From NCBI GenBank assembly GCA_965248265.1, contig CBDFJF010000002.1:1024001-1088000 (forward strand): a DNA stretch of 64,000 nt, written 5' to 3'. The position numbers and the translations under genes were made by a program. Position 1 is the stretch's first letter. The number at the start of each line of letters is the position of its first letter. The stretch comes from Candidatus Latescibacterota bacterium. GTDB taxonomy: Bacteria > Latescibacterota > UBA2968 > UBA8231. Shown piece after piece: positions 38,996 through 47,201 of the stretch. The notes below the pieces were generated by a model, which was not told where the DNA came from, ran no database searches, and worked only from the letters and a program-made list of their open reading frames with translations.

Positions 38996-40044
38996 GTGCC
39001 ACGTTACTCGCTTCGGAACGTCTTCAGCAGATCACCTCCCGTTTTGCGTCGTGCCGCATCGCTGTCCTGGGCGATTTCTTTCTGGACCGCTACCTGGATA
39101 TCGATCCGGCACTCGAAGAGCCGAGTGTTGAGACGGGCAAGCCGGCGCATCAGGTTGCCGCCGTGCGCTGCTATCCAGGCGCTGCCGGTACCGTCGTCTC
39201 CAATCTTTCCGCCCTGCAGACCGGCGAGCTCCACGCCATTGGGTTTACCGGAGATGACGGCGAGGGCTTCGAGTTGCGTTACGGCTTGGCGAAACTCGGA
39301 TGTAAGACCGAGCATTTGCATTCGACGACACAGCGGTTCACACCAACCTACTTGAAGCCACGGGACATGACGACACCGGGACTCGAAGGAGAGCACTCCC
39401 GAATCGATACCAAGAATCGGCTGCCGACTCCACCGGACATTCAGCGGGCCATCGGTGATTCGCTGGCTGCAGTCATCGATGGAGTCGACGGAGTGGTCGT
39501 GTTGGATCAGGTCGAAGCTCGGGATTGCGGCGTTGTCACAGACGCTGTCCGTGACCGGATTGCTGAACTGGCCGTTAAGCATCCAAAGGTGTTCTTCCTG
39601 GCCGATAGCCGGCGACGGATTCGTGAGTTTCGGAATGTCATGATCAAGCCCAACGAGTTCGAGGCCGTCGGAAATGAGGATCCTCAGCCGGGTGACACCG
39701 TTGGCTTTGACGAACTGCGATCAACGGCCAGCCAACTGCAGGCAAGTACCGCCGCACCGGTGTTCATCACGCGCGGCGAAGACGGAATATTCGTCAGCGA
39801 GCCCCACTGGACGGCTGTTCCGGGAGTCCGCTTGACGGGTGAGATCGATTCGACCGGCGCCGGCGACAGCGTGACGGCAGGCTGCATCCTGGCGCTATCT
39901 GCGGGAGGCTCTTGTGTCGAGGCGGCTGTGATCGGCAACTTGGTCGCGTCCATCACGGTTGAACAGTTGGCCACGACCGGAACCGCGCAACCCGACGAAT
40001 TGGCGGCACGACTCGAGCTCTTGCACGAACAGAACGATGGATAG
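38992..40044 (+). CDS. PfkB kinase, HldE/RfaE domain I-like (heptose-7-phosphate kinase-like)
   Basis: VLGDFFLD.Y, PGAAG, KPNE.E, TRGEDG, DSTGAGD. Confidence 0.85.
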   Translation: MSATLLASERLQQITSRFASCRIAVLGDFFLDRYLDIDPALEEPSVETGKPAHQVAAVRCYPGAAGTVVSNLSALQTGELHAIGFTGDDGEGFELRYGLAKLGCKTEHLHSTTQRFTPTYLKPRDMTTPGLEGEHSRIDTKNRLPTPPDIQRAIGDSLAAVIDGVDGVVVLDQVEARDCGVVTDAVRDRIAELAVKHPKVFFLADSRRRIREFRNVMIKPNEFEAVGNEDPQPGDTVGFDELRSTASQLQASTAAPVFITRGEDGIFVSEPHWTAVPGVRLTGEIDSTGAGDSVTAGCILALSAGGSCVEAAVIGNLVASITVEQLATTGTAQPDELAARLELLHEQNDG

Positions 40045-40077
40045 TGGGCGGCGCGAAAGGCCCCCGGAGGAGACGAG

Positions 40078-40686
40078 ATGCTTGGTGCGACGCTAGACAC
40101 GAAATCGTACATCAACCGGCTCCATGAAGAGCTGGATGGTATTGACCGGACGGCGATGGAGGGCTGGGCAGATCTGATCTATCGGGCCTGGGAGTCGGGA
40201 AGGTTCGTTTACATCATCGGCAATGGCGGATCGGGGACGACTGCCAGCCACATGGCGGAAGATCTCGGCAAAAGTACGCTCCGTGAATCCGACTTGGGTG
40301 ACGAGTCCAGGAAACGACTGAAGGTACTGAGCTTGACGGACAATGCAGGGTGGTTGATGGCTGTTGCCAATGATCTGGCCTACGATCAGATCTTCGTGCA
40401 GCAGCTGATGAACTACGGCCAATCAGGCGACGTGCTCCTGGCTCTCAGCGGCTCCGGCAACAGCCCGAACATCTTGAACGCCGTGGACTGGGCCAACCGG
40501 CATGGGTTGGAGACGTTTGGCCTGACCGGTTATGATGGCGGCAAACTGAAGGGGATGCAGCAGGACGGCCTGCACGTTGCTCTGGACGACATGGGTATGG
40601 TTGAAAGTATTCACCTCTGCTTGTTCCACTGGGTGCTCAACGACGTCTTCGCTCGCATCAACGGCGAGGGTCACTACGCGGCTTGA
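40078..40686 (+). CDS. gmhA: SIS-domain phosphoheptose isomerase (GmhA-like)
   Basis: IGNGGS...ASH, AND, SGSGNS.N, ESIH...H. Confidence 0.82.
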   Translation: MLGATLDTKSYINRLHEELDGIDRTAMEGWADLIYRAWESGRFVYIIGNGGSGTTASHMAEDLGKSTLRESDLGDESRKRLKVLSLTDNAGWLMAVANDLAYDQIFVQQLMNYGQSGDVLLALSGSGNSPNILNAVDWANRHGLETFGLTGYDGGKLKGMQQDGLHVALDDMGMVESIHLCLFHWVLNDVFARINGEGHYAA

Positions 40687-40690
40687 GCGG

Positions 40691-40830
40691 TCAGTACTCT
40701 TCCACGGTCAACTCCCGAACGAGTTCATCGTCCCACTCGGCGCCCCAGCCTGGACCGTCGGGGGGCGCCAGGCAACCCTCTTCCAGCAGCGGCGCATTGA
40801 GCAGGCCCCACTGAGCGCCGGCTTGGCGAT
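40691..40830 (-). pseudogene. C-terminal remnant of an enolase-superfamily (mandelate racemase-like) gene
   Basis: Manual translation ...APDGPGWGAEWDDELVRELTVEEY*. Confidence 0.6.
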
Positions 40831-40866
40831 GACCTTCCCTGTCCTTGTTCGGGCTGAAGCATTCAT

Positions 40867-41082
40867 ATGAGGTTGCCGTCTGACCACACGTTAGAGGAAC
40901 TCAAGCGCCTCGACGCGGGCTCGTGGATGTTGCCCACGGACCATCCGAACTTCGACTGGGGTGATGGCTATGCAGGCGAGCAACTCATCACGTTGGACGA
41001 GTTGTTCAACACGTTTGCCGAGCGGTTCACCTACGACGTTGAGATCAAGGATCGGGCCGAAGGCATCGTAGAGGACGTGATC
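40867..41082 (+). pseudogene. Internal fragment of a glycerophosphodiester phosphodiesterase
   Basis: TLEELKRLDAGSW...ITLDELF...VEIK; fused to the downstream IS remnant. Confidence 0.75.
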
Positions 41083-41300
41083 GGTGTGCTGGCGCCCATC
41101 GCCGCCTACCGGGCAGGAATCGTACTTAAGAAGAGGCCTGCGAAGCGGATTCCTGTGCGCATACGGAACCCACCCCGCTCAACGCCGGCACCGCGTGGCC
41201 CTGGGCCGACCTCCTCCGAAGAGTCTTTCGAATAGACGTCACCCAGTGCCCCATCTGCGGCGGTCATATGAAAGTCATTGCCGCCCTTACCGAGCCCCGC
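41083..41300 (+). mobile_element. IS91/ISCR transposase remnant (C-terminal Zn-finger region)
   Basis: GVLAP, then WADLLRRVFRIDVTQCPICGGHMKVIAALTEP by manual translation. Confidence 0.85.
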
Positions 41301-41328
41301 CGGGGTATCCAATCTGGCGGTTTGTCTG

Positions 41329-43239
41329 CTACTGATACGGCACTGGTATCTCGTCCCCATGCCAGGGGAAGGCATACGTAGGACGATTCGCAAAGCGGCG
41401 CATGCCCACATCGACCCGGATGGAGGTTGAGGGTGGCAGCTGGACGGCGAAGTATTTCGAGTTCACGGGCACGGTTCCTTCGTCATGGGTCAGGTCGATG
41501 AACTCGTGTTCGGCGAAAGCCCCGGCCTGCACGATCAGGTTTCGCGTCTCACTGGGATTCAGGTTGACCAGCTGAATACCTGCGCTGTCGGCGCCCAGTT
41601 TGTCGACCAGGGCGGCCACGTCGGGCGGCAGGCCGGGCCGGGTGCGGTCTGAATCGAAATAACGCACGGTCGCGCGCAGGAGGCCGCCCGTGTACACGGA
41701 TTGCGGCGCGCCCATCTGCACCTGCGTCAAGCCCTTGGTGTAGACGGGATCCGGAGTACCGACGTTTTCCTCGATCAGGGTCAGGGGATCGCGGGTTTCG
41801 TTCTGGATCATGTCGAAGTCCCTCCGGGCATTCTCGTACTCAGCCTGAAGGATCTTCATCGGCCAGTCCGGATTCTTGCCGTCGTAGTACTGGAAGCGGG
41901 CCATTTCGGTGTCGGCGTAACTTTTCTCACCCAGGACCGGCACGTGGTTCCAATCACGCATCTTGTCCGTATCCCGAATTCGGACGATGAGGTCGTAGTC
42001 CTCCTCAGCCATCGAAGCGTGGTACAGATGGGCTAATTCCTGCATCCGATACGGCACGAACCTGCCCTTCTCATACTCGTAATCCTCCCTCGTGTACTCC
42101 CAGCCATCGTGGCCATAGCGGGACGGCAACAGCAACTGGCCGTCCTCGCGAAAGATGGCGTTGTCCATGAGGAGCTTGATCTGAGAGCGCAGCAGGTCCA
42201 GATAGCCATAGTCGCCGGTGAGCAGGAGAGCGCATTCAACGGCAATCGCCAGCGAACTGAACATGATATAGTGACCGACGAAGGTGTTCCAGCCATAGAG
42301 CCCGCCCCACCACAGGCCCTGCCGCTGCTCACCGATCTGCCCGGTAGGTCCAACGTTATCTGGTAGAATCCCGCCGTTTTTTTCCTTGCGCTCCATCCAC
42401 ACCTCCGTGTAGTCGAGGACCCACTGCTTGTACTTGTCCTCGCCAGTGTAGAGGTAGGCGTTGGTGATGAGGGCGGTGGAAGCCAGACTATGAGGGACGT
42501 CCCCGTTGAGGACGATGTCGTCGAACAGTTTCAGGATCTCATCCCGGCGCTGGGGGTTCTCGAACCAGTTGCCCTCCAGATCCGCCACCGCTACCACCGG
42601 GTCCAAGGTGGCCCGCACTTTGTAGGGACGGTAGCCCTTCTCATAGCCTGTTTCCCCGCCTTGAAGCCAGGTGATGACGTTGTCGACGGTGGCGTGGCGC
42701 ATGGGGCCGACACTGGTCGGTATGGGGCTGCGCAGGATCTTGTAGCGAGGATCGTAATTGGGAGCTTCGGGGTCTTCATCCATGAACATGGCAGCAAATC
42801 GCTTGGAGCGGCGCACGTTTTCCGAGATCGTGGGGTCGGCCAGGCCGAAGTGGTAGAAGGCGGTGTTGCCCTCACCCTGGTGGTACCATTCGTTCGCACC
42901 CGCAGCGGCCAGGTTGTAGTATTCGTTGTGGACCTGAGGTTCAAACCGGGGATGGACGCGACTGACGATGTCGTCAGCGAAGAAGCGGGTGGTCGCGTTC
43001 CACGACTGCAACCCGAGATCTAGCACTCGTCGGTCTGCCCCCATGGCGTAGAACAGGCCCCAGTTGTAAACCCGTTCGTAGAGGTCGTCGACATCGTCGG
43101 CGTAGTAAAAGGCCCCGCCCCTTTCCGCGTACTTGTCGACCATGGGCTGAACGGCGTCCTCCATGAGTTTCATCAGCTTGCGTTGCAACAGCGCCCATCC
43201 AGTGGGCGGTGAAACTCGGGTTGCTTTGATCTCAATCAT
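41329..43239 (-). CDS. Conserved hypothetical protein (636 aa, possibly alpha/alpha-barrel)
   Basis: Long ORF with genome-like codon usage and a GAGAGGG RBS; no motif recognised with confidence. Confidence 0.75.
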   Translation of the reverse strand: MIEIKATRVSPPTGWALLQRKLMKLMEDAVQPMVDKYAERGGAFYYADDVDDLYERVYNWGLFYAMGADRRVLDLGLQSWNATTRFFADDIVSRVHPRFEPQVHNEYYNLAAAGANEWYHQGEGNTAFYHFGLADPTISENVRRSKRFAAMFMDEDPEAPNYDPRYKILRSPIPTSVGPMRHATVDNVITWLQGGETGYEKGYRPYKVRATLDPVVAVADLEGNWFENPQRRDEILKLFDDIVLNGDVPHSLASTALITNAYLYTGEDKYKQWVLDYTEVWMERKEKNGGILPDNVGPTGQIGEQRQGLWWGGLYGWNTFVGHYIMFSSLAIAVECALLLTGDYGYLDLLRSQIKLLMDNAIFREDGQLLLPSRYGHDGWEYTREDYEYEKGRFVPYRMQELAHLYHASMAEEDYDLIVRIRDTDKMRDWNHVPVLGEKSYADTEMARFQYYDGKNPDWPMKILQAEYENARRDFDMIQNETRDPLTLIEENVGTPDPVYTKGLTQVQMGAPQSVYTGGLLRATVRYFDSDRTRPGLPPDVAALVDKLGADSAGIQLVNLNPSETRNLIVQAGAFAEHEFIDLTHDEGTVPVNSKYFAVQLPPSTSIRVDVGMRRFANRPTYAFPWHGDEIPVPYQ

Positions 43240-43354
43240 CTGGCCTCGCCCTCTCTCAATCCGATCGTTATGTGTTGCGGTCCGGAGGCGTCAGCAGCAA
43301 CAAAGGCCTGCTTGTTTTTGCACAACATCGTTGACGACGATGTAGGGTAGTAAA

Positions 43355-44311
43355 TTACACTGCGCCCTTACCGGCAATTGTAATAATTGTGCCACTTCTT
43401 TTGAGCAACTTTTCTAGTACAACAATAGGTAAGCAGAGTATTGCAAGAAAAGCGCCAATCATAAGATTGATTACATTGACCAAACGACTATGACCTGTTT
43501 CTTTGCCCCTCAGATAATTGAAAAAAACATTTTGAAATTTAAAGATGCAGTTGAGGGCACTTTGGACCCAACCAAGAAGATCATACTCTAATTCCTGATA
43601 ACGCTGATACTGCACAACAAATCCTTTTGTTTTTAGACAGTACTGTAACGACGAGGCATCAAGATGATATAGATGGCGTGGAACATCAAGATGAAACCAT
43701 TTACTCTTGAAAACTTTGGATTGCAAGCTGCTGTTATTTGGTACAGCAATAATCAATATTCCACCAGGCTTAAGTACTCTATGGATTTGGCTAATCATAG
43801 TGCCTATATCTTGCATATGTTCCAATGTATGCCACATTGTAATACAATCGAATGGTGCGCAATTAAATAGCTCATCGACATTTCTCTTCACGATAAACTC
43901 TTTTGTCGATTCTAACTTCGGATCTATCTCTATGCCCGTTACCTCCCACCCTGAACGATTAATTGCCTTAAGGAACGATCCATCACCACATCCGATATCA
44001 AGCAGCCTATTACCATTGCTGTCTTTCGTCGCTAAGAATACCAATCTCATGCGTCGTCCCATGCAGTAGCTTTCTGTGAAGCCATGTCGATTGCCATAAT
44101 AGGATTTGTCGTAGTATTTCATTAAGACCTCTGGTTGAGGAAAAGTATGACCGAGGCCGCACTTGCTACATCTATATTTGGAAAAACATTCGTTTGTCAT
44201 TGAATCCTGAACCCTTGGGTATTGGATAACTAGTTCACTCCCACAAAGATTACAGGTAGGCATGCCTAAGTATTTGGCTTTACTATGAGTATCGTTCGCC
44301 ATAACTAGCAA
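43355..44311 (-). CDS. Class I SAM-dependent methyltransferase with N-terminal Zn-binding motif (AT-rich cargo)
   Basis: CNLC...CSKC, LLDIGCGDG, WHTLEH, VPN, PRHL. Confidence 0.92.
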   Translation of the reverse strand: MLVMANDTHSKAKYLGMPTCNLCGSELVIQYPRVQDSMTNECFSKYRCSKCGLGHTFPQPEVLMKYYDKSYYGNRHGFTESYCMGRRMRLVFLATKDSNGNRLLDIGCGDGSFLKAINRSGWEVTGIEIDPKLESTKEFIVKRNVDELFNCAPFDCITMWHTLEHMQDIGTMISQIHRVLKPGGILIIAVPNNSSLQSKVFKSKWFHLDVPRHLYHLDASSLQYCLKTKGFVVQYQRYQELEYDLLGWVQSALNCIFKFQNVFFNYLRGKETGHSRLVNVINLMIGAFLAILCLPIVVLEKLLKRSGTIITIAGKGAV

Positions 44312-44349
44312 CTAGCATAAAGCTTCTTATACAGTAAGAAAGATCTTCG

Positions 44350-45108
44350 ATGTATAAAGACAAGAAAGTTACAGTAATTATGCCGGCCTACAATGCAGAA
44401 GAGACTCTAGTTAAGACGTGTAGTGAAGTATTAGAAGAAGATATAGTTGACTTGGTGTTGTTAGTCGATGATGCAAGCAGGGACAATACCGTTGCAATAG
44501 CTAAGACGATTTCAGATAAAATCGAAGTTCATTGTCATGATAAAAATTCCGGATACGGAGCGAACCAGAAAACCTGCTACAGGCTTGCACTTGAGAAGGG
44601 CTCAGATATTGTAATAATGGTCCATCCAGACTATCAATATACACCGAAATTAATTCCCGCAATGACGGCTTTAATAGGTAGCAATCTTTACCACTGTATA
44701 CTCGGATCCCGGATACTGGGAGGACTCGCTCTACGCTCGGGAATGCCTTTTTGGAGATATATTAGCAATCGATTTCTGACCCTTGTAGAAAACATATTCC
44801 TCCGGGCCAAATTGTCAGAATATCATACTGGGTATAGAGCTTACTCACGTGAACTCCTCCAAAAATTACCAATTCATGCCAATTCCAACGATTTTGTTTT
44901 CGACAACCAAGTGCTTGTCCAGACCATATGGTATGGCTATACGATCGCGGAAATCAGTTGCCCAACTAAATATTTCGCTGAAGCATCTTCAATCAATTTT
45001 ATCCGCAGTACGAAATACGGTATTGGATGCATGTTGACAACACTGGAATTCATCCTTGCGAAATATTGTTCACGGTATTCGAAAAGATTTCCAGATCTCA
45101 AGAGTTGA
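44350..45108 (+). CDS. GT2 glycosyltransferase, polyprenyl-phosphate sugar synthase (DPM1-like)
   Basis: MPAYN, VDDAS.D.T, N.GYG, HPDYQY, GSR, HTGYRAY. Confidence 0.9.
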   Translation: MYKDKKVTVIMPAYNAEETLVKTCSEVLEEDIVDLVLLVDDASRDNTVAIAKTISDKIEVHCHDKNSGYGANQKTCYRLALEKGSDIVIMVHPDYQYTPKLIPAMTALIGSNLYHCILGSRILGGLALRSGMPFWRYISNRFLTLVENIFLRAKLSEYHTGYRAYSRELLQKLPIHANSNDFVFDNQVLVQTIWYGYTIAEISCPTKYFAEASSINFIRSTKYGIGCMLTTLEFILAKYCSRYSKRFPDLKS

Positions 45109-45118
45109 GTACTTCGCA

Positions 45119-46969
45119 ATGAACGTTCCAAGTTGTGAGCTAAATAGAAGATATTTTTACCTAGTAGGTCTACTCCTCGCCGTAACAACACTTGCTGTTT
45201 ACTGGCAAGTGCTGGGCAATGGTTTTGTTAGCTATGATGATGGTATGTATGTCACAGAGAACATTCGTGTTCAGGAAGGTGTGACCTTTGATAACTTGAT
45301 CTGGGCATTCATCTCTTCGGACGCGAGCAACTGGCATCCTCTTACATGGATTTCCCATATGATCGACTGCCAGCTGTACGGTCTGAATCCGTGGGGTCAT
45401 CACCTTACCAGTCTATTGTTTCATGTGGCCAACACGCTTCTGCTGTTGCTGATTCTTGTACGCATGACCGGCGCGTTGTGGCAAAGCTCTCTTGTCGCAG
45501 CGTTATTCGCCCTCCATCCCCTGCATGTGGAATCCGTTGCCTGGGTGGCAGAGCGGAAGGACGTCCTTAGCACATTTTTCATGATGCTGACTCTATGGTC
45601 TTACATGCGCTATGTCAAAAAGGGTGAAGGCAAGAGATATTTGCTGGTAGCTCTGCTCTTTATGTTTGGTCTCATGTCTAAGCCCATGCTTGTTAGTCTG
45701 CCTTTCATACTGCTAATGCTGGACTTCTGGCCGCTTGGACGTGTTTGCCTTTTGCGCGATACCCGAAGTGGGGTAGCTGGTCAACTGATAGATGTGAGAT
45801 TGGACATATACCGGCTGGTGTTGGAGAAAATTCCTCTCTTTGCTCTCGCCGTGAGTTCAAGTGTGGTTACGATTATCGTTCAAGAGCGTGGCGGGGCTGT
45901 ACAACTACTAGAGTCGTATTCCCTTCAGACGCGTATTATTAACGCATTTGCGGCATATATCGAATATATAGTGAGTATGGTCTGGCCTGTGAACTTGGTG
46001 GTGCTTTACCCTCATCCGGGCGATAGTCTACCGGTCTGGAAAGGTGTAGTTGCAGGATTTGCGCTGGCATTCGTAACAATATTGGTTATCCGTAAAGCCC
46101 GGGAAATCCCATATCTTGCCGTTGGGTGGTTCTGGTATGTTGTAACTCTAATTCCGGTGATTGGTATATTGCAGGTGGGTTCGCAGGCGATGGCGGACCG
46201 ATACACGTATATAAGTCTAATAGGATTATTTATTATTATTGCCTGGGGAGCAAATGATCAGTTGTCAAAATGGCCTCACCGAAGAATATGGCTTGGTACA
46301 TTAGCAGCTGTCATTCTTCCGGTTTCAATGGTATTGACATGGAAGCAAGTCCAATATTGGAAGAACAGTATTACACTTTTTACCCATACTCTTGAGCACA
46401 CCTCTAATAATTCCATGATGCACTATAATCTAGGCACTGTTCTGGGCGAACAGGGTAAAATGGAGGAAGCGATCGAACAATTTTTGGAAGTCCTGCGATT
46501 AAGGCCTGATTACGCGGACGCACATAATAATCTGGGTGTTGCTCTTGTCAATCAGGATCGAACAGAGGAAGCGATCGAGCAATTTTTGGAAGTCCTGCGA
46601 CTAAAGCCTGATTACGTGGACGCACATAACAGCCTGGGCGTTGCACTTGGCAGGCTTGGTCGAACAGAAGAAGCGGTCGAGCATTATTCGAATGCCCTGC
46701 GATTAAGGCCTGATTATGTGGACGCGCATAACAATCTAGGTGTTACTCTTGTCAGTCAGGGTCGGCCAGAAGAAGCGATCGAGCATTTTTTGCAAGTTCT
46801 GCGATTAAGGCCAGATTACGCGGACGCACATAACAGCCTAGGCGTTGCGCTTGTTAATAATGGTAAAATTGAAGAAGCAATTGATCAATTTAGAAAAGCG
46901 TTGAGTATCAATCCCAACAGTGTCAACGCAAAAAAAAATCTGAAAAAAGTAATGATGATGCAACAATAA
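45119..46969 (+). CDS. TMTC-like GT-C membrane glycosyltransferase with C-terminal TPRs
   Basis: YDD after TM1, WHPL, HPLHVESVAW..ER, SKP, ADRY.Y, many TM helices, about 5 TPRs. Confidence 0.85.
   Translation: MNVPSCELNRRYFYLVGLLLAVTTLAVYWQVLGNGFVSYDDGMYVTENIRVQEGVTFDNLIWAFISSDASNWHPLTWISHMIDCQLYGLNPWGHHLTSLLFHVANTLLLLLILVRMTGALWQSSLVAALFALHPLHVESVAWVAERKDVLSTFFMMLTLWSYMRYVKKGEGKRYLLVALLFMFGLMSKPMLVSLPFILLMLDFWPLGRVCLLRDTRSGVAGQLIDVRLDIYRLVLEKIPLFALAVSSSVVTIIVQERGGAVQLLESYSLQTRIINAFAAYIEYIVSMVWPVNLVVLYPHPGDSLPVWKGVVAGFALAFVTILVIRKAREIPYLAVGWFWYVVTLIPVIGILQVGSQAMADRYTYISLIGLFIIIAWGANDQLSKWPHRRIWLGTLAAVILPVSMVLTWKQVQYWKNSITLFTHTLEHTSNNSMMHYNLGTVLGEQGKMEEAIEQFLEVLRLRPDYADAHNNLGVALVNQDRTEEAIEQFLEVLRLKPDYVDAHNSLGVALGRLGRTEEAVEHYSNALRLRPDYVDAHNNLGVTLVSQGRPEEAIEHFLQVLRLRPDYADAHNSLGVALVNNGKIEEAIDQFRKALSINPNSVNAKKNLKKVMMMQQ
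46420..46930 (+). repeat. 102-bp tandem repeats encoding TPR units
   Basis: GARGAAGC...GAYGCRCATAA units recur at about 46463, 46565, 46667, 46769 and 46871. Confidence 0.9.
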
Positions 46970-46980
46970 AAAATAGACGA

Positions 46981-47050
46981 TCAACCTGGTGCGCTATCAC
47001 GGGGGTGTTGGCACCCAATGCCGCCGCTCGAAAACAGATTGTGCCGTTTC
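46981..47050 (+). mobile_element. Short IS91/ISCR transposase remnant
   Basis: NLVRYHG/GVLAPNAAARKQIVP with a frameshift in the G run. Confidence 0.8.
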
Positions 47051-47201
47051 CAGCAAGACAATCACAGGGCAGGCTCCACTGGTCTTCTTTGACGACTGCC
47101 AACAGTGTATTCCTGGCCACCTGAGGCATCATCGTACTTGCGGCATACAGCAATTCATGGCCGCGTCCCGTGTCCATGAGCTCCAGGGATACGCTGCGGG
47201 G

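Noticed and set aside
46420-46930. Possible CRISPR-like array
   Set aside because: The period is 102 bp, in frame and encodes TPRs; no unique spacers or cas genes were seen anywhere in the window.
33784-47050. Integrase-type genomic island or prophage at the tRNAs
   Set aside because: No integrase or phage genes, no duplicated tRNA 3' end was found, and the mosaic lies at the 5' side of the tRNAs.
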